Part shown: one piece after another, positions 59,271 through 64,000 of the stretch
How the letters are laid out: every line of letters starts with the position of its first letter
Numbering within the stretch: position 1 is the stretch's first letter
Assembly: GCA_046484245.1 (NCBI GenBank)
Contig: JAWOBN010000073.1
Coordinates: 19,465 to 83,464 of the forward strand
DNA: 64,000 bases
Reading direction: 5' to 3'
DNA from: a bacterium
Lineage (GTDB): Bacteria; Hydrothermota; 32-111
The notes under the pieces: model-generated
Seen by the model: only the letters and a program-made list of their open reading frames with translations
Database searches by the model: none
Told to the model about the DNA's origin: nothing
Position numbers and translations under genes: made by a program

Positions 59271-62200
59271 ATGGAGGATAAATATTCCGATTTCCTGCTT
59301 CTTTTAGATATTGAGAATATTGATTATATTATCACTGACTCTGATTTCAGTATCATTGAAGATCATTCCCGTGATTCGGGAGCATTGAAGGATGTAAGCA
59401 AGGAGACACTGAAGGACCTTGCCGCATCCGTGATAGAGGGCGGCTGCACTGCATATACAGCAGAGTTGTCACTGTTTGCCTTCAGGGAGAAATCCGCCTA
59501 TGTTATTGTTGACAACAGTTCACTGACATCCGGATTCTCCAATTACCTCTTTATCATAAGCAGTATGCTCAGGACAATTGATGAATCGGTGCTTATCCTT
59601 GACAGTGAAAACCGCATTGAATTCATCAATCATTCCTTCCGCGACAATTATGACTACAGTATTGATGAGATAAGGGATATGCTTATTACAGAGATAGTAA
59701 ACCCCGAATATATAGAACAGATACTGGAGGGCCTCAAATCCAGGACAGAAACAACAGTTGAATCGGAGATATACTCAAATGCCGGTAAATCCCTGCCGGT
59801 AATCATAGATATATGCGCATTAGGCAGCAAGACACTGATCATGGTGAAGGACAGACAGGAAGAGGAGATATACAGCAGGGAGATAGAGGGTCTCAAGAGA
59901 ATGCAGAAAATGGTCTTTGATTCAATCGGCCAGGGCATACTTGTACTGGACAGGACTGGAGGTATTCTCCAGTTCAATCAGTTTATGGAGCAGAAATACC
60001 GGTTCACCCGTTCCAAGATGATAGGCCGCAATATATTTGATATTGTGACTGACCTGACTGAGCTCAAACCGGTTTTCCATGATATTGTTGAGGAGAAGAA
60101 GGTTAAGAAAGTGACCAATATGAAGAGATTCTCTCACAGACTGGATGAGGAACTGGTCCAGAATTTTTACGGTTATCCCCTTATTGAAAACAATGAAGCA
60201 GTAGGTGTTGTTGTAGTTATTGAGGATTTGACTGAGAAGAAACAGCTTGAGGATGAGTATGAGTCCACCAGGAAGAGAAATGAAATGATCAATGCACTCA
60301 ATATGATACTGTCAAGGGGACTGCAGATAGATTTTGTACTGAGGGAGATCGGGGACTATGTATTGTCCAGGACATCTGCGGACAGAATTACTGTGTACAA
60401 TAAACAGCAGAGCAAATTCATTGAACTGAAGAAATCCGGGGATAAAGTGACCTACAGGGTGCTGCCTGACACCAGAAGGATACTCGGTGCTGTTTCAAAG
60501 GTGTCTGACAAGATTCACATAGTCGGGAAAAAGGAGAGAATAGTTGAGATTACGGGGAGAAAAACGCCTGCAGAACTCTGTGTTTTCCCGCTGTATTTCA
60601 ATGACAATTTACTGAGTTATTTTATACTTGAATCCAATAAGAAAGGCAGTTTTGAGAGTCAAAAGGAGTTTTTGTCAGGCATAAAGGAATATGCTGTTCA
60701 TATTATTGATAAGGCTATTCTATATGAAGAAAAAATATCCAATCTTCAGAAACTTGAGCTGACACTTAAAATTTCCCGGCTCCTTTCCAGAACAAAGGAG
60801 CCCAAGAAGGCATTTGAAGGCCTTATCACCATTCTCAGTTCACAGATCAATGCTGATAATGCATTATTGATGATAAAGTCGGAAGATGACGAAGGGCTGA
60901 TAATCAAATCAATTGTCGGAGAAAATGCAGAGAATATTGACAGCGAAGACATTGATACTGACGTGCTGCATGAGTATTTCAGTGTTAACAGTGAAACTGT
61001 TTTTATCAATGACTTTGACAAAGAGGAGGAGCATGATTCATGCAGCTGCTTCTCAAAGATAGGCAAATCCGTTATATGTTCACCGATCCGCTATAAGAAT
61101 GAGCTTCTGGGTATTGTTGTATTCATAAACAAGGCAAAGAATTCTTTCAGGGACAATGATTTTGATTTGATAAATATTATTGCCACATCGTCATCAAGTT
61201 ATTTGAAAAACCTGCATCTACAGATGAAAATGGCGCAGAAAATAGAGCAGCTCTCTGTACTCTATAAGATATCAACAAGTATCAGGCCTGTTATTAATTA
61301 CAGTTTTCTCAAAAAAGCTGTAATCAGTTCTCTCGGTTCACTTTCACGGGCAGATTTTGTTCTGATGCTTACAAGAACAGACAGTACATATGATATTGAA
61401 CATTCATATTTCAAATCAATTGATCTCAAAAAGAAGTTTGCTGATATCAGCCAGCTGCCTGATGATGTGATTGATGGTTCGGATGCAGGCATCAAGCATT
61501 ACAATGGCAGCTCCCGATTGTGCTCAGAGACCTTTCCCGATAAACTCAAAGGTGCAACCCTGCTGAGGGTGAAGACAAGCAGAGAGACAATAACCATTCT
61601 CTCCGGATATATGGACAGATTCAACAGGAATATATCTGATGAGACCTATATGGCAATAATGAATGAATTGTCCATATCATTTGAGAATTCAATACTATTT
61701 GACCAGAATGAGAAACGCCTGAAACAGTTCAGCTCAATCGGTGCAATAACAAAGAAACTGGCTCATCTCAATATTCAGAGTCTGGATGAATACTATCAGT
61801 ATATTGTTGATGCTGCCAGGGAACTTCTCCAATGTGAATATGCTTCACTGCTTATGAGAACAGACAACAAGCTCCAGTTCAAGGCAGTATCGGGAATTGA
61901 TATAAAGAAATTGAGTAATTATGATATAAATATTGGAGAGGGTATTGCCGGGTATGTTGCCCAGACAGGCAAACCCGTAATTGAGAATGATACCTCAAAT
62001 TCCGAGTATTTCAAGGAATTGGAATTCAGTTCTGTTTACAGTGTGAGAAATCTTGTCAATATACCGCTGAAATACAAGGACAGGGTAATAGGTGTCCTCT
62101 GTGCTGACAATAAACTGAAGGGTAAGTTTGATCAGAATGATGTAGTGCTGATGAAAATACTGGGCAACAGCACATTAATTGCATTTGAGCATTTCATGGA

Positions 62201-63245
62201 CATTGAGATGGGCGCTAAACTCTCCGATATAATACTTGACACAATTCCCAGCGGCGTGATCTATATAGACAGAGACGGTCTTGTACAGTATATCAATGAG
62301 GGCTTCACAAAGATATCGGGATATACCCATGAACGCATATTCAACAAGCATTTCACCAAGATATTCATTGACGAGGATAATATTATTACCCGGTCCATAG
62401 ACAAATCCGAAAGTGCAATGAGGAAAGAGGTGGAGCTGATAAAGCATGACAAAGAGAAAATACCCTGCGGTATCAGCATTACCCCTGTTAAATCCAATGA
62501 CAATGTGGATATTGTTGCCATAATACAGGACCTCTCTGAAATCAAGAGTATGAGAAGGGAACTGAAGGACAAGGAGAATCTCGCCCTGCTCGGGCAGATG
62601 GCTGCAGGAATGGCGCATGAGATCAAAAACCCCATTGCAGGCATTCTCACGGGCCTGGAATTTCTATATATGCAGATTGCAGAAAAGAATGATACACACA
62701 GACAGTCACTGGAAATGGTTATCAAAGAGGTTAAGCGTCTTGACCGTCTTGTCAATGACATGACCTCATTTGCGAAATCAAAGGTAAGGATACTCTCTGA
62801 AGTGAATATTGATGAACTGGTGGAACGCGCCATTCATCTTGCAAAGGATAAATCACAGATCAAGAAAATTGACATTGTGACAAATTTCCCTGACAACATA
62901 AAGAAAATGAAGATTGACGAGGAGCAGATACTTGAAGTCCTCCTCAATATAATCCTCAATGCCAATCAGGCAATTGAGGAGAACGGGAAGATTGAAATCA
63001 ATGTGAAGCAGGACAATGGCCGCTGTATTATATCAATACAGAATGACGGGCCGCCGATACCGGGTGATGTTATTGATAAGATATTCACGCCGTTCTTCAC
63101 AACAAAGAGCGGTGGCACGGGCCTGGGTCTGGCTATTTCCTACAATATTGTCAAAGAGCATAAAGGCAGAATGACAGTACAGAATACTGATGAAGGTGTG
63201 GAGTTCAAAATAATTCTGCCATTGAGAGATGACAGTGATGCCTGA
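59271..63245 (+). CDS. Multi-sensor (PAS/GAF-rich) histidine kinase
   Basis: 1324 aa. The long N-terminal region has several PAS-like and GAF-like segments. A C-terminal HisKA (LGQMAAGMAHEIKNPIAGI) and HATPase_c (N-box LLNIILNANQAI; G-boxes DDGPPIP and GGTGLGLAISYNIV) complete the kinase. No TM segments are obvious, so it is probably cytoplasmic. Confidence 0.85.
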   Translation: MEDKYSDFLLLLDIENIDYIITDSDFSIIEDHSRDSGALKDVSKETLKDLAASVIEGGCTAYTAELSLFAFREKSAYVIVDNSSLTSGFSNYLFIISSMLRTIDESVLILDSENRIEFINHSFRDNYDYSIDEIRDMLITEIVNPEYIEQILEGLKSRTETTVESEIYSNAGKSLPVIIDICALGSKTLIMVKDRQEEEIYSREIEGLKRMQKMVFDSIGQGILVLDRTGGILQFNQFMEQKYRFTRSKMIGRNIFDIVTDLTELKPVFHDIVEEKKVKKVTNMKRFSHRLDEELVQNFYGYPLIENNEAVGVVVVIEDLTEKKQLEDEYESTRKRNEMINALNMILSRGLQIDFVLREIGDYVLSRTSADRITVYNKQQSKFIELKKSGDKVTYRVLPDTRRILGAVSKVSDKIHIVGKKERIVEITGRKTPAELCVFPLYFNDNLLSYFILESNKKGSFESQKEFLSGIKEYAVHIIDKAILYEEKISNLQKLELTLKISRLLSRTKEPKKAFEGLITILSSQINADNALLMIKSEDDEGLIIKSIVGENAENIDSEDIDTDVLHEYFSVNSETVFINDFDKEEEHDSCSCFSKIGKSVICSPIRYKNELLGIVVFINKAKNSFRDNDFDLINIIATSSSSYLKNLHLQMKMAQKIEQLSVLYKISTSIRPVINYSFLKKAVISSLGSLSRADFVLMLTRTDSTYDIEHSYFKSIDLKKKFADISQLPDDVIDGSDAGIKHYNGSSRLCSETFPDKLKGATLLRVKTSRETITILSGYMDRFNRNISDETYMAIMNELSISFENSILFDQNEKRLKQFSSIGAITKKLAHLNIQSLDEYYQYIVDAARELLQCEYASLLMRTDNKLQFKAVSGIDIKKLSNYDINIGEGIAGYVAQTGKPVIENDTSNSEYFKELEFSSVYSVRNLVNIPLKYKDRVIGVLCADNKLKGKFDQNDVVLMKILGNSTLIAFEHFMDIEMGAKLSDIILDTIPSGVIYIDRDGLVQYINEGFTKISGYTHERIFNKHFTKIFIDEDNIITRSIDKSESAMRKEVELIKHDKEKIPCGISITPVKSNDNVDIVAIIQDLSEIKSMRRELKDKENLALLGQMAAGMAHEIKNPIAGILTGLEFLYMQIAEKNDTHRQSLEMVIKEVKRLDRLVNDMTSFAKSKVRILSEVNIDELVERAIHLAKDKSQIKKIDIVTNFPDNIKKMKIDEEQILEVLLNIILNANQAIEENGKIEINVKQDNGRCIISIQNDGPPIPGDVIDKIFTPFFTTKSGGTGLGLAISYNIVKEHKGRMTVQNTDEGVEFKIILPLRDDSDA

Positions 63246-64000
63246 ACTTATTCTTGTAGCAGATAATGAGCAGACAGTCAGCACATTTGTTAAGAAAATT
63301 ATAGAATACGACAAGAGCAATAATGCTGAGGTGCATATTGCAAATGATGTTAAAGCATTCAATACATATCTCTCAGAGAATAAGTATTCTGCAATAATCA
63401 TTGACCTGAATTTCGGCAATCAGAATGTCACTGATTTCATTTCAAAATATTCCTCAGAACACCCACTTGTGCCTGTTATAGCAATGTCAGCCAATATCAG
63501 TGTTGATATTGCCATTAATGCAATCAGAAGCGGGGCATATGACTTTATATCCAAACCATTCACATCAGAGACAATAATGCTTGTGGTGAAGAATGCAGTG
63601 GAGAGAAGGCAGCTCATATCTGATAAGGAAAAACTCAACAAGGACCTCTCTGAGGTGAATGATGAGCTTATTGAGGCAAATAAGATGATAACAAAGCAGA
63701 AGGAACAGCTGGACAATTATCTCAATAATATACTGGAGGGTATAGAGAAGATAAAGGATGTTTCTGTAGCAGTGGGAAGGGTCAAGTCATTTGAGACCAA
63801 TCTAAACCTCCTCTTTGATAAACTCAATGAAATATACTCTCCTGAGGCATCTGTCCTGCTCATGTATGAAAAGGATACAGGCAAATTCATTGTGAAGAAG
63901 GAGAATAATTACGGTGAAAATTTCTCCGAGGGTGTTGAGCTGTCAGAGAGTGTATTTGAGAAGTATTTCAGTAAAGGGAGTATTTCCATTGATGAGGGGA
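63238..64000 (+). CDS. Response regulator receiver-domain protein (3' partial; continues past the window end)
   Basis: ATG at 63238 overlaps the kinase stop by 8 nt. A REC domain is present, with phospho-acceptor Asp in IIIDLNF and Lys in FISKPF, followed by a coiled-coil region. No stop before position 64000. Confidence 0.75.
   Translation, partial: MPELILVADNEQTVSTFVKKIIEYDKSNNAEVHIANDVKAFNTYLSENKYSAIIIDLNFGNQNVTDFISKYSSEHPLVPVIAMSANISVDIAINAIRSGAYDFISKPFTSETIMLVVKNAVERRQLISDKEKLNKDLSEVNDELIEANKMITKQKEQLDNYLNNILEGIEKIKDVSVAVGRVKSFETNLNLLFDKLNEIYSPEASVLLMYEKDTGKFIVKKENNYGENFSEGVELSESVFEKYFSKGSISIDEG

Noticed and set aside
62261-62833. 190-aa and 147-aa minus-strand ORFs inside the histidine kinase gene
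   Set aside because: These are antisense to the well-supported HisKA/HATPase region and give a low-complexity translation, so they are probably spurious.
1-64000. Prophage, integrase, transposase, toxin–antitoxin or restriction–modification genes
   Set aside because: None of the translated ORFs showed recognisable recombinase, transposase DDE, or RM/TA motifs. The 24147 methyltransferase looks like a small-molecule class I enzyme with no partner endonuclease.

Overview
This is an AT-rich bacterial chromosomal segment, almost entirely coding and almost all on the + strand. Two secreted proteins end in C-terminal domains that look like type IX secretion (T9SS) sorting signals, so I infer an FCB-group organism (Bacteroidota, Fibrobacterota or Cloacimonadota-like); I cannot confirm this without a database search.

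Most genes are housekeeping: tsaD, rnr, guaB, a DNA polymerase III delta-like gene, hslV-hslU, hisS, aspS, def, tRNA-Leu(UAG) followed by tig-clpP-clpX-lon, and trkH-trkA. Accessory content includes:
- a polysaccharide biosynthesis locus (flippase, GT2, Wzy-like protein, an uncharacterised 425-aa protein and two GT4 enzymes);
- an oxidative-stress pair made of a rubredoxin-like/cupin fusion and a desulfoferrodoxin (superoxide reductase) fused to a ferritin-like diiron domain;
- a giant gingipain-like (C25) T9SS cargo protein with a beta-barrel outer membrane partner;
- CDF and MATE transporters and a prolyl oligopeptidase-family peptidase (oligopeptidase B, PtrB);
- a four-gene envelope operon of unknown function (TPR/PBP-like lipoprotein, small membrane protein, TPR/polytopic/zinc-ribbon protein, DUF4388-like protein);
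- a giant multi-PAS/GAF sensor kinase with a response regulator that runs off the window end.

Two features are the most unusual. First, a family of quasi-palindromic roughly 30-nt repeats (core CCAAATCCCRGGGACR) occurs six times, as inverted pairs, in the two large divergent intergenic regions. Two copies share an extended roughly 50-nt block with a TTGAC(A/C)AAAA box. Second, an 819-aa protein with an N-terminal intact GGDEF domain, a central P-loop NTPase and C-terminal TPR repeats sits immediately downstream of one copy and is translationally coupled to hslV; its domain order resembles STAND/NLR-like proteins.

I saw no CRISPR array, rRNA, integrase or transposase. Every product call rests on recognising motifs in the supplied translations by eye; I ran no database searches.
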